Shown piece after piece: positions 15,601 to 36,113 of a stretch of DNA of 64,000 nucleotides (positions are counted from its first letter, which is position 1; each line of letters opens with the position of its first letter). A model generated the notes under the pieces. That model saw only the letters and a program-made list of their open reading frames with translations. It was not told where the DNA came from and searched no databases. This DNA comes from Chrysomallon squamiferum (lineage: Eukaryota; Animalia; Mollusca): contig CM022675.1 in the NCBI GenBank assembly GCA_012295275.1, positions 5,642,001 to 5,706,000 of the forward strand, given 5' to 3'. A program made the position numbers and the translations under genes.

Positions 15601-18600
15601 AGAGGAGTTTTACCTTCACTGTTTTTAATATTCAGATCAGAAACGTTTTCTGCCAATTTTGTCACAATTTCTATATTTCCTACTTTAGCTGCAATGTGTA
15701 AAACAGATTTGTTATCACCATCTGTTATATTAGGATCAGCTCCATGTTCCAGTAAATATAAAACAACTTTCCATTCTTTATCATTTGCAGATGGATGTTT
15801 TTGATAACAATTCAGAGATAGATTTCGTTCATAAGAAGTGAGGACTGCAAAAAGAGGAGTTTTACTTTCGTTGTTAATAATGTTCACCTTAGCACCATAT
15901 TCAAACAGTACTGTCACAGCATCCAGATATCCAAGTTCTGCTGCTAGGTTTAAAGCTGAATTCTTATTCTGATCTGTAATGTTAACATCAGCTCCATTTT
16001 CTAGCAAAATCAAAGCTAATTCTTTTCTATGTTCTTTGATAATGACAGCATCGTGAAGTGGAGTTTTTCCTTTACAGTTCACTGCATTAACATCAGCATT
16101 TCTTTTCACCAGTGATTTCAACAAATGTAAGTAACCAAGCCGAGCTGACGTGTGGAGAGGTGAATCAGAATCGAAGCATTCTAATCTAGTTTTCTTTTCA
16201 AACCAATCAGTCAATGACGTATCAACTGATACCTTAGCATTAGGATCAGCTCCTTTATCAAGCAGACACTGAACAACATCTGCACTGTTAAACATTACTG
16301 CTACTTTCAGTACTTGACTTTTCTTCCAGTTGTTCTCATGTGTATCACTATGTCTCTCATAAATGAGAAAATCCACTGTGTCAGCAGAACCGCACATTGC
16401 TGCTGCTAAAAGAACTTTATCTCTGTTCTCATCATTTAAACAATCAGGTTTCAGTTTTACTATTTCTTTTATAACTCCTGAATTCATCTGACCAGCCGCA
16501 ATGATGGCAATGTTTTCAATTTTGTTTATTATTTCAATGGTAACCAGTTTCTTAAAAAGAGAGCTTGTATCAACAGATTCATCAGTGAGTGGTTTTACTT
16601 GTGTATGGAACCTAACCAATAATAGTTTTACAATGTTTTCCTTTAATTTACTGTTGCCTTCCTCATTGTTTATAAAGTCAGCCAACAAACAGGCAATGTT
16701 CATGTTACGCGAAAAAATTGAAAGTTGTAACAACAGGGAACACTGATTCAAAGCCACGTTTTTACACCTTGAACGTTTTTTAATTATGGTAACATTTTTA
16801 TATTCTAACAATTTTTTGAGTATGGTAACATTGTCTGTTTTTGAACATGCAGCTGTTCTGATTGTATCGAATGTTGGAACAACACCTGATTGTAACAACA
16901 TTTTCACAACATCTTCATCACCAAACAAACAAGAAATATTCAAAAGTTCTTTTTTCTGATTCTTGGAATCCATTTTACACAGATGTGTTGTCAAACACCT
17001 CGACATTGTTCTCAGGCCATTCACAACACACTCACTTGCAACAGATGATGAATACATCCCTTTTTCTTTAACTGTCAAATACCGGTAGGATATGGTCCAA
17101 CATTTTGAATGACTGTAATCGAAATGTACAATTTCCTCAAATATATTAAGGAAACCTTCACATACCTGAAATGCAAAATGATGCCTTACTCGATGCAGAT
17201 TCTGATGCAGTATTTGGGACAATTTACCATAGAAGTGTTTTTTCTCAATGAGATATTTTAGAAATTCTTCATCTTTCAGTGATGGATGCGAAATAATCTC
17301 TCTGGCACTGCTTGATGCCAGCAAGTCAGTAAATCTACGAGCAAGAACTTCAAAGCAGTCAGGTCTGACAGTCATTGTAATGTGACTTTTATTAGACACT
17401 CCAGGTGTCACAACATATTCTAGCAACATGGAGACAGGACACACTTCTAGCAACTCTTCTACTTTCTTTGGAAATTCTGATGAAAACATCAGAAACAAAG
17501 AGTCAAACACTGACTGGTGAATAAATGTGTATCTATTGTTGTAACAATTCAAATAGGTGCCACACATTACATCAGCTGTTGTCTTTATGTGTGCAAGATT
17601 AGTGTGTTTTAAACTCAGACAGGCACCCTCCAGCACTCTTACTAATTCCATTATGTCAGCGTCATTTTCAAATGGGTTCAACAAATCAATACTGAGACTG
17701 CCTTGCTGAAACATGATCAGCAGTAGAACCAGATAATTGATCTGTGAGGATTGATCATTTTTCATATTTCCTAATTGTTCTCTGAGATATTCTACAGGTT
17801 TCTTAAAAAACTCAGCTCCTCTTTTTTGTGCATCACTTGAATTAACATAATAAACACATACCTGAGGAAATCCTAACTCTGTACATGCTCTGTAAATGAC
17901 CTTCCGTTTGTCATGTTCCTCCATTGTAACGTCATTTTGTTTGAGATATTTGTTTAGAATTTCTTCCTTTTCATCCCAACTGAGACAAAATTCATAACTC
18001 TGTAGATCAAGAAGATGAGTCTCATTAAACAGATCAAATTCCTTCAAACTGGTTTTACTTTCTGCAAATATTTGATTACGTAAGGTAATAATACATTTCA
18101 CAGAACCATCCTGAACAAGACTCCATACCGTTGTAAATTTTGGTTGCCATGACAGCCTAAAATCTGAAATAAGATTAGTTTTACCAAATATGTCATCGAT
18201 GAGAATAATACATTTTTTATCTTTAGATACAGGGATATCATTGAATTCAGTGTGATGAGTCAGCAAGTAAGATTCTCTTTTCTCTTCAGTTTCTATCTGC
18301 CTCATAATTCTCAAAGCTAGAGTTGTCTTTCCTGAACCAGGACAGCCTGTTACAATCACAACACCATTCTTCTTCAAAAGTTCAACACCTGTTTCTTCTG
18401 CTCTTGTTTCAACATAGAGATTCCAGTCAACTGAGTTTATCCTTGATGTGGTAGACACTGTATCAGAACAAGTTAAAAAATATTAAAGTCGACTATAAAC
18501 TGTTTTATAATTGTTTGTACTATATAAAGATTAAGTTTATTATTTCTTAGTAAGAATTAGTTTATAATATTTATTCATTAATGTTAAGATTAAAAACAAC

Positions 18601-20632
18601 TAGATGATTATCATATTATTAATGAACATGTTTGAAAACAATGTAAGGAAAAAAATCACCTTTCATATTTGATGCTCTTCCATCACTCTTTACTGAAATA
18701 ATATAAAAATAAAAACAATAATTTTCTGTTGTTTACAAGTAAACAAGAATTATTAACAGCAACCTGTACAATTACACTTCAGCTGAGTCATAACAGGTCA
18801 AATGTGTAACATTATTTTTATATATTTCTGATTGATTTTACTATAATCTGTACTGCTACTGTTGTTGTTTCTTGATAATATTATTAATTTATTTATTGTT
18901 ATAATTGATTTTCTCATTGTTGTTATTGTTGTTGTTGTTGTTTTATATATACGTTGCGGAGCATTTCAATATTTATTGATGATCTTTTAAAATCACTGAA
19001 AAATGCACACCATTTAGAAATATGTGTGCATGTGTTTGTGTGTGTGTGTGTATGTGTGTTGTGTGTGTATGTGTTATTCTTATCACAGAGTGTGGTAGAA
19101 AATTACTAATGATTATCTATCAATCTAGCAAAAAAAAATTAAACTTTCAGTTTTTAACTTACTAGTGTTCACAATTTGATTTCCTATCACAACATTTTTG
19201 TTATGAGATAGGGCATGGTAATTGTGAACTGAGCTGATATTTACATTTTGTTCTGTCACTGTCTGTGTTCTTGTGTGATCTGTAAAATAGTAAATGAACT
19301 GACTTAAATGCACTGCTTAAAAACAATTTCTAAAAAAAAAATTGTTTATCTATATATAGAACAGTACAGCATACAGTATTAATTAAATGTATTATTTTTA
19401 AATATAACTATATAAAAAAAATCTGTTTAATATTATTTGTTAACTGATTATTTTTGTAAGTACTAAGAAGTAAGTATTACTTCACAGTATTAAAATAAAC
19501 AAAAGTAAATTCAAAAATAATTACAACAGTCATGATTGTAATCAAAATAGTAATTGGTGTGTGTTCTGCTTTAAAGTTTTCATAGGTCAAAGAAACAGGA
19601 TATAAAAGTTTTTGAATTGTTAATGTTTTATCAATATAAATCAGTAAAGTGTGTATGTTCAATAGTGTTATAACCATAAGATTGTCAGCACACACTTTAA
19701 AGTGAAAGTAAAAACAACAGAAATAAACAATAACTTTGTCTTCTGTCAGAGTAGAACTGTTAGAGATTAAACAATATACTGAAAAACTGCACTGTTACAT
19801 TTATAAAAATTAATTTTGTTTGGTTTTACCTGCCCATCAAATTAGTAAACTACATTGTAGAAAACTACTGTGCTATTAATTACCTTTACAAGATGTGACT
19901 GTTGACACTTGTGGCTGTGCAGTATCCATGCCTGAAGTAGTTGCTGCTGTGATGTTGTCCTGTTTTTCGTCATCTGAATCAGAAGTAGTTGCAGCTGTGA
20001 TGTCCTCATCTTTTTCATCATCTGAGACAGAAGTAGATGCAGCTGTGGTGTTGTCTGAATCCTTTTTTTCATCATCCATATTGGCTGAAATGTAAAATAT
20101 CAGTTTACATTACTGATAGATTGCTAATATTACATTCAGTTCTGTGTTTAAGTTGTTATATTGTGACATTGGATTCTGTTAAATAAACACACACATACAC
20201 ACACGCTCATGTGTGTATATCACGGGGTTCACACCTTTAAACACCTTATATAGTTTTTTTTATGGCTCAGTCTATGGCCACCTAACAAAGAATATAAAAG
20301 CTAAATTGACAGCAATCTATATAAATCAATAAGTCTATTTATCCATCAGAGAAATAAACACAACACCAGTTAATTATGAAATACAGGTGACTTGATAATA
20401 ATGCATTATACAGTCATAAAACATACGTTTAAGTAATTTTGATTAATGATAAGACAAAGGTCATACGAAAAACCAAGAAAAAATAAGAATCTGCACGAAG
20501 GACAGATTAAAACCTTAAAGTTTTATAATAAATGTTATTGACACAGGTTAATTGCACATTACACCGTATCAAATTAAGAATAGACAATTGCTTACCATAC
20601 TTGTCTGTAAAGGCAATGTCATTCAAAAACAT
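12603..20632 (-). CDS. NLR-like STAND NTPase (nSTAND3-like) with ankyrin repeats, copy 1, intact. Exons (minus strand): 20632-20596, 20084-19884, 19279-19163, 18692-18660, 18457-12603; 2080 aa
   Basis: Open 5.85-kb terminal exon with Walker A GCPGSGKT, Walker B IILIDDIFG, the ITLR motif and GFPQVC, followed by a helical region and a long ankyrin array (TPL..A / HGADPN / LH.AA..G / KG.DVN). The four upstream exons have canonical CAG/GT borders, are all joined in phase 1 (37+201+117+33+5855 = 6243 nt) and are conserved at equivalent positions in copy 2. The ORF-track start at 18458 is the G of the acceptor AG, not a start codon. Confidence 0.88.
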
Positions 20633-20888
20633 TGGTTTCCCCTCTGACCGAATTCTCGTCTTAACCGTTTTCTTCGCTATCGCTTACTTCGCTTACTTTA
20701 TTTACCAAACGCCAGTCTTTTTTTATAACAAATCCACAGATTTGAAAAATTAGCAGAAATAACAAAGGGCCTTTGGATTGTAATTGCAATTAAGGATGCG
20801 CAATTTCAATTCCATCGCTTAAAAAAAAAAGGAGTGGATCTGTGATTGAACTAACAAATTTGATTACGCAATCTGAATTCCATCAAAG

Positions 20889-21088
20889 NNNNNNNNNNNN
20901 NNNNNNNNNNNNNNNNNNNNNNNNNNNNNNNNNNNNNNNNNNNNNNNNNNNNNNNNNNNNNNNNNNNNNNNNNNNNNNNNNNNNNNNNNNNNNNNNNNNN
21001 NNNNNNNNNNNNNNNNNNNNNNNNNNNNNNNNNNNNNNNNNNNNNNNNNNNNNNNNNNNNNNNNNNNNNNNNNNNNNNNNNNNNNNNN
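20889..21088. other. Assembly gap (200 N)
   Basis: Run of exactly 200 n, which suggests an unsized scaffold join. Confidence 0.99.
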
Positions 21089-21452
21089 TCTAAGATCCTT
21101 GTAGCGTTGTATTTTCAGTGTGCAATGTGTGTGTATGTGTGTGTGTGTGTGTGTGTATGTGTGTGTGTGTGGGTGGGTGTGTGTGTGTGTGTGCGTTTGG
21201 TTCTTAAGTTTTAATTTGTGAAGTAAAAGAATGTAGAATGAAAATAGTCCAAAGAAGAAGAAACGACTCAATGCTTTACAGGTTCTGGATTTCAATATTC
21301 ATTGAAAATATGTAATACATTAAAGATATAAATAGGTTAAATATATATAATTAAATAAAAGTATTCAATCAGAAGGATCACACAATCTCAGTCAAATTTA
21401 GGATATATGTGCACTGATCTCACAATTAAATTTCTGTGTTTCTCTTCAACAG

Positions 21453-27786
<6,334 letters not shown>

Positions 27787-27966
27787 TTAACCTCACAAAT
27801 ACTTCACATATTGTAGTAGCAAACTGAACTTGAAAAAAATGGCATGCATTTTACGCGTAAAAGAGTCCAATCAGTGAAAAGAAGATGTTAACAAACATGA
27901 CAAATATTCCAAACTGCACTTGAAATCTGTTTCAATGTTTTATTCAATTATTATTGTTGCTTTTAC

Positions 27967-28015
<49 letters not shown>

Positions 28016-29005
28016 TTGTCGTTAATAATTGATTTTTTTTTTTTTTTTATTAATTTATTATTGCAAATACTTTTATTCGTATTTTTATTATTATAATTAT
28101 TATTATAATTTGTTTTTTAATTTCAATTTATGTATTGCTTTCTCCCAGGTTAATTTCTTTTGTTTATTCATTTCGATTTTGGAAAATTTAAAAAAAAGAA
28201 AAAGAAAAAAATGTGTTTGTATGGCTTTAGACACAAGTTCGCAATGCTCGGATTTGGTTTTAGTCTTTCTTTTTTTTTTCTTTTCAAATGCACTTAAAGT
28301 TAGTTGTTGGTGTTGGCTTTCTGATTGATATTGCTACTGCATAGTAATTAAAAATATTAAACTGATTACATTCTGCTGTTAGAATAGATTCGGATGCTTT
28401 AAATAATTGTGCATTTATTCGGAGTCTTACTTTTTGTCTTTTTTCGCTTTTCTGGCTATCCATCATAGTTTTCTTTATCAAACATTTATTTATTTATTTA
28501 TTTGTTTGTTTGTTTGTTTGCTTGTTTATTTATTTGTTTATTTATTTATCCGTCTGTTCGTTTACATACTGATGTTTTTAAAAGTTTGTTTTGTTGTTTG
28601 CTTACAGTTAAATTTCACTGGTTTAAGGAATCGTTCAAAGAACAGTAATTTTTATGACCATTCCTTTTCATTATTTCATTTCTTTATTATTTATTTGTTG
28701 TTTTTCTTCTACTAAAGTTTACTTATGTATATTTTCATTTATTGTACTTTTTATTTTTGTTTTATTTTTATTTCAATTATTATTATTTAAGTTTACATTT
28801 GTTTTACATTTGATTTTAACTGCTATATATTAATTAACCTTAATTGATCTTCCTTTTGTTCTTCTTTATTTTCAATAAAGCATGCAGGAAAATAATTTCA
28901 TGTATTTTGTTTTGTTTCTTATACAAGAATCTGACAGCTCATTTTAGATATCATGCAGACTTGAAACGTATTCAGGACGAAGAATTGTATATATATATAT
29001 ATACA

Positions 29006-29186
29006 CACATTAAAAAACCAGAATGTTATTATTGTGATATACTTCTTACAGTGCTCTCTGGGGTAAAAAGCAGTGCATCATATTATGTCACTAACACATT
29101 ATATATATATATGATGCATTGCTTTTTACCCCAGAGAACACTGTAAGAAGTACAAAACAATAAGAAGATTCTGGTTTTTTAATGTG
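29006..29186. repeat. Long inverted repeat / foldback (MITE-like hairpin)
   Basis: Arm cacattaaaaaaccagaat...acttcttacagtgctctctggggtaaaaagcagtgcatcata pairs with tatgatgcattgctttttaccccagagaacactgtaagaagt...attctggttttttaatgtg; ~77-bp arms around a short AT loop. Confidence 0.9.
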
Positions 29187-29540
29187 AAGAAACAGTAATT
29201 ATGTTCAGTTTCGTACACAATCTCCATGTTTACCCCTGAAAAATACCACGTCAATGTTTTCGAGAGGAAAAAAAAAATACTTCAATTTCGGCGGTCTTGT
29301 GTATTTGCAAATTTAAACTTATCGTCAAGTAAATAAATAAAGGTAAAACATCAAGTAGAAATTAAATACATATTTATGTACACACATACTGTGACATCAC
29401 GCTTAAACATAACACAAATTTTGCACTTTTCTTTTTGACAATAAATATTTTTTGTTATCTAAATTTCATGGTATGCTTCTTGTTGATACTCTGGCGACAT
29501 GTGCCGTTGACGTTGAATTTTCAAGATAGGAAACAAACAG

Positions 29541-29636
<96 letters not shown>
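29541..29636. repeat. (CT)n microsatellite
   Basis: Directly visible. Confidence 0.97.
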
Positions 29637-29637
<1 letters not shown>

Positions 29638-30926
29638 AGTGCTGTTAATTAAGAATCAATATACTGCATTACGTACTAACATTCAGCTTTCGTATGATAA
29701 CTGAAGTGTTGAAACTAAATAAAAGTGTTCTTTAAATGTCTACAATTCGCTTTCATTGACTTATGAGCAACACAACGATAAAAGAAATTACGATATACAT
29801 AATTATCTTTCCTTTCTTTCAGGCCATTCTATGATAAGTGTGTGTGTGTGCGTGTGTGTGTGTTTTAACAACAGTTAATTGAAAATCACTGAACTGTATA
29901 TTACATAATAACTCCGTTTTGTTAGTTTCAGCTCAGTTGTACAGACTAACTAAAAGTCTACTTTCACTTTGAAGTCTAACATTTGTATGAGTAACATTTT
30001 AGCAACACTATGATAAAAGCAGTTCATATACATTTATGTATGTATAATTATGTTTCTCTTCTTTTAAATCATTTATGTGTGTATAAGTGCAGTTAACTCA
30101 AAATCAGTATTTTGCACCGTCACTGACAGTTTTTAACTGTTAACTAAAGCGTGGATTGTAAATGAAGTGTTCTTTCTTTTTAAAGGTGCACAATTTGTAT
30201 TACTTTGTAATTAGCAACAGTGCGATAATAATAGTGCATGTGTTCGAATGTATGCATCTTAGCATTTTCACCCCTAGTGTTCCTCGTTTTATGTGTTAAT
30301 TGTATATGAATTGGAACTTTTATGAATATTTTATTATAGTTTTAAAATATCAAGCTTTCTTTTCTAGTTGATTTCTTTCCACTTTTTTGAATAATTTTTT
30401 TTTTATCTATTTCTTTCTTTATTTCTTTATTTTTGAAGGTATTATTATATTTTGTTTGTTAATGTTTTCTAAAGATGAAAGGATTTTTTTTTTTCAAGTT
30501 TTTGTTTTTGCTTCTCTTTTTCTTCAGTTTATTTTTGTATTTTTTGTCTTCTTCTTCTTATTTTTTTAATAACTCTTTCGTTTATGTGAAGTTTAAAAAT
30601 GATATTTTTCAGTCATTTTCCGTCGAAATGTTTGACCGATTGAGAATACCAATCAGATAATCTAAATCATTTTCAGTGATGTCAATACTGAAAGGCCAAG
30701 ATTACTTTAATTTGACGTAGAACAAGCATACCTTCATCCTTTCATGGTTGTCTTCTTGTCTTCTTTTCTATTATCTTCTTTTATCGTTTCATAAACAACG
30801 CTTCAAACTTTGGAAAACAAAGTGTGGAGCATGCGATAAGATTTCACTCAAATCATTACACAATTTGCACAGAAGTTCCTCTAATATTAATGTCTAGGAA
30901 ATCCCTCACTGAAATGTCTTGTTTGA

Positions 30927-31012
30927 ACACACACATACAGAGACACACAAACACACACACACACACAGACAAAAACACAAACACACACACACACACACAC
31001 ATACACACACAC

Positions 31013-31067
<55 letters not shown>

Positions 31068-31072
31068 CACAT
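30927..31072. repeat. Imperfect (CA)n microsatellite
   Basis: Directly visible. Confidence 0.95.
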
Positions 31073-32211
31073 ACGCAAACGTGTTTTTGGTGGTTGTGTA
31101 ATTGACGGCCCACAGTGCAGGTTTGCTAAAGGTGTGCGGGAGCAGATCCCCATCGAAAGTGCATTAAACTCTCAGGGGAAATAATAAAGTTAGAGCCTAC
31201 GAGAATGTATCAGCGGAAAAAAGAGGTTTAGCACAGAAACTTTAACATACCGAACTCGTATTGTCTTTTCTTGCGAGAATTCCTGTAATATCTAAGTGTA
31301 GGAAATACCGTGTCACACACACACGGAGGAACATATGCAGAAATGTATACCGACGGTTAAAAGTGCGGAAGTTTCTAGGCGTATCCTACCCACCTAAATT
31401 TTGTTTAACTCTAGAATGCAGGAGATGAATTTTCTGAATACTGGGAACAAAACTGGTAAGGGAGACAATTAAGTTAGGATCTTTCAGAACGGACCAGCGG
31501 AAAAAAAATAACGGGATTCGTTACGATACAGCTCACTTCTCCTGCGTAAAACGACATGGAACCGCCATAACTTAAACCGCCATACAGTTCACGTCTTCGA
31601 CCTATTTTAATTTTTCTTACATGTATACGGACGGATCTCGGCAGAATACATGGGGATGGGTGCGTACACACTCCTGGCATTCCTTGCTGCAAACGGGATT
31701 CATATGTGAATGACATAGGTTACCTTTCTCGAGAACTGTACCGCATGAGAAAAGAAAACAACTACATTATTTTCCTCGTGAAATTCGGTGTGTCATTCAA
31801 ATAGCCCCGCGGGCTACAGTTTGTTCATGAATGTTGTATATCAATAATAAGTACATAGAGCAGTAAATTAAGATTTGTCAACACTGCCAAACACTTGTAA
31901 TAAAACTGTATGAGGTAACGTTTTTCTTCTTGTTCTTGTATTAGAAAAATGACATCACGAATTAGTTTTAAATGGAAGCAGATAAGATTAAAATTAGATT
32001 TCGTTAAATAGTTATTTTGATTTGCTCTTAATTTCCGTAATAAACTATGTGAATTTTATTGGACTAGGTTTATGTAAAGTTTTCGTTTCTATTTATCTAA
32101 TCCCTCTCCGATTTTACATCCGAATAATCGTATTTTTACTCATTTACCTTTACTGAAAAGAAATAATTATAGTCATTTTTTTTTATTTTGTGAGAATGTG
32201 TATATATATGT

Positions 32212-32264
<53 letters not shown>

Positions 32265-32939
32265 ATTCAAAGCATTAAACGTAAGCATGCAAATGATTGA
32301 CACAAATATCTATGTTATAACTTCTTTCATTATTATTATTCTTTACTTCCTTTGACTTCAACTTTTGCGTTTGGTAAAGGAAACATTGGAAACAAGGCAG
32401 AGTGAACCAGCAATCATTTCTCCCGCCATTTTGTTAATTGTAGTGATGACAAATGTTACCGAGTTCTCCAGTGACTTGATGTACACAGTCTCTGAAGTGT
32501 CACTTTTCTAATAATAAATGTTTAGTTCTTTTACAACTGAGTGTAGTTCAAAATCTACCAAATTACCTAAAACAGCAATTGCAAAGAAAGAAACAGTTTT
32601 ATCTTCTTCGTTCATTTTTCTTTTTCATTTTCTCAGAACATTTTATTTATTGGTTTGTTACTATCTGTGAAATGGCTGAAATTATGTATCTCATTTAGAA
32701 CTGGTCGCTTTTGAGCTGCAACTAAATTATGGACAGAACAAGTTGCAACAGAAACAAATTTCTCAATATTCAGAATATTCACTATTTCAATAGTCAGAAC
32801 TATCACTTTCACGCTAAAAACCGATTCCTTCTTCAGAACGACACAGGCAGATCAATTCACATTATAGTCACCTTTCATTCAGTGTAATAAATTTGATCAC
32901 AATGAACAAATGAATAAGTTACAAACGGTAGGTATTTCA

Positions 32940-34160
<1,221 letters not shown>

Positions 34161-36079
34161 ACTTTTCGAATTTAATCCGTTTTAGGAAATCGTTTGAACT
34201 TTAAATTGTTCTAAGTTTGAATCAATATCCCCGCCCATTACTAATAATTTTTAATGAATTAATCAGTTCCCTGACACTAAACAATACTTATTTAAATTAA
34301 CTAAACAACAAATACACACTCATACATAACCAAAAACACACTAAAAAGCCCACTAAAAGAACAGGATAACAACACTAGCATTATTATGTTGTACACACAT
34401 GTCACCGTATCCGCTTACTCACGATTACGTTCATTAGCTGTCATACTTATTTATTTATTTAGTGCAATTCATGTCAAGATGAAAACAGTTGAATGACTAT
34501 TACATCGCTAATTCAACGTTTTAATTTTATTTATTCTAATAATTATACAACAATTATCTACAAGTCGATGTCTTTCCAGTTGGAAATTGTATGAAGAAAA
34601 GTGATCATTTTAAGCACCGCATTTTGCACGAACTCTTGTTTATACTTAATATTTTAAGCAAGTTACATCAATTAACCGATATCGCAGACGGTATTTTGCT
34701 AATCATTTCTAAGTTGTGATGTAACGTAACCCGTGAAATAACGATATATTTCTAGGTAAAGGAACATTGAAGGGACATTGTTTAGAATATTTTTAATAAT
34801 TAAACATTTAGAATATAATTTTCCCGTTCTGTTTTATATGTATCAATGACTGTTACCTACATACGATTCAGACGTGCACCATCCGACTCACATGTAAAAA
34901 CCTTATAACACAGTTATATATCATTTCTATTTCGTTCCAGTAATTGCAATGTCGAATTACGCACACGTCAACAACTTGATTTTATAATAATAATAATACT
35001 AATAATACTAATAATAAAAATAAATAAAAACTAAATAATAAAAATTGAATTTAATACTGAAGAGAGAAAAATTAAGGTACATGTGTAAAAAATGTATGCT
35101 GTGCTGTTTAAAGCGTTATATACCTATCTCATTTTTTTGTTTTAAATTAAACTCTCTGACATTTTAGCCAGTTTATAATGTAATGATAAATATTATGACC
35201 TACATACTTTAAAAATGCAGAATTTCAAACACATCATGTCAAAGTAGAAATTAAAAGAAACAAATAAAGAAAAAAAGAAAAAAATGATAAATGGAAATGT
35301 AATTAAATGGCGGCAAAAATGGCAGATCAGTCACGCTTTAAATTCAGACAAATGTGCGGAGAACACAATTAAATTTTAATTCATTACTGCTTTTTTTCTC
35401 AAAGTTTTTAGTATCAAGGCACCCAAGAAACGAATGGTTTCTATGCATTTCTGGTACGAATATATGGGGAAACTTCAAAAGGCGTTTTTCTCAATTAATA
35501 ATTCTGAGAAATTCAGCAATAGACAACTCTAGAAAGGTCATAGTTTAATAAATTTAAATGATAATTAACAAAGAATTTGTAGGAATCTTTGTTTGTTTGC
35601 TTTGTCCTTTAAATGTACAAAAGTTGAGCTAAAGATCATTTCCGACCGCATCTCCTTGGCTAGTAAAACACCTACGGTGACATGGAGAAATAACATCCGC
35701 AAGGAAAATTTAATCATATTTTTTAAATATGTTGTTATTATTATTATTATTATTATTAGTGGTAGTAGTAGTATTTTCAGTAGTAGTCGTAGTAGTATTA
35801 GTATTAGTATTGTTGTTGTTGTTGTTGTTTTGTACTTAATATTTTAAGAAAGTTACGCCAAATAAAAAACATCGAAGACTGCATTTTGCTAATTAAAAAA
35901 TTAAGAATATAATTTTCCCGTTCTGTTTTATATGTATCAATGACTGTTACCTACATCTGATTCAGACGTGCACCATCCGACTCACATGTAAAAACCTTAT
36001 AACACAGATATATATTTTTTCTATTTCGTTCCAGTAATTGCAATATCGGATTACGTATATGCCATCCGCTTGATTTTAA

Positions 36080-36113
<34 letters not shown>

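Larger units (their letters stand above)
330..20881 (+). repeat. Segmental duplication, unit A
   Basis: Colinear with 35720-57029 (2166 vs 37572, 3145 vs 38105, 4060 vs 38994, 18458 vs 54679, 20881 vs 57029), with indels. Confidence 0.92.

Noticed and set aside
12679-16746. Plus-strand ORFs inside the ankyrin exons (also 49004-53327)
   Set aside because: Antisense shadows of the repetitive minus-strand coding frame.
12603-18457. Bacterial endosymbiont-type ankyrin gene or contamination
   Set aside because: Joined to spliceosomal exons conserved in both copies and embedded in microsatellite-rich animal DNA.
18456-18458. ORF-track start MSTTSR (also 54679)
   Set aside because: The GTG overlaps the CAG splice acceptor; the exon starts at 18457 in phase 1.
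18953-18995. Possible additional small exon of copy 1
   Set aside because: 43 nt with an in-phase stop, and the acceptor is absent in copy 2.
19477-19695. ORF conserved in both copies (55708-55926)
   Set aside because: Intronic AT-rich sequence; conservation is explained by the duplication and I found no convincing exon borders.
31110-31140. CACAGTG as an RSS heptamer or Transib terminal repeat
   Set aside because: No nonamer at 12/23 spacing and no matching inverted end found.
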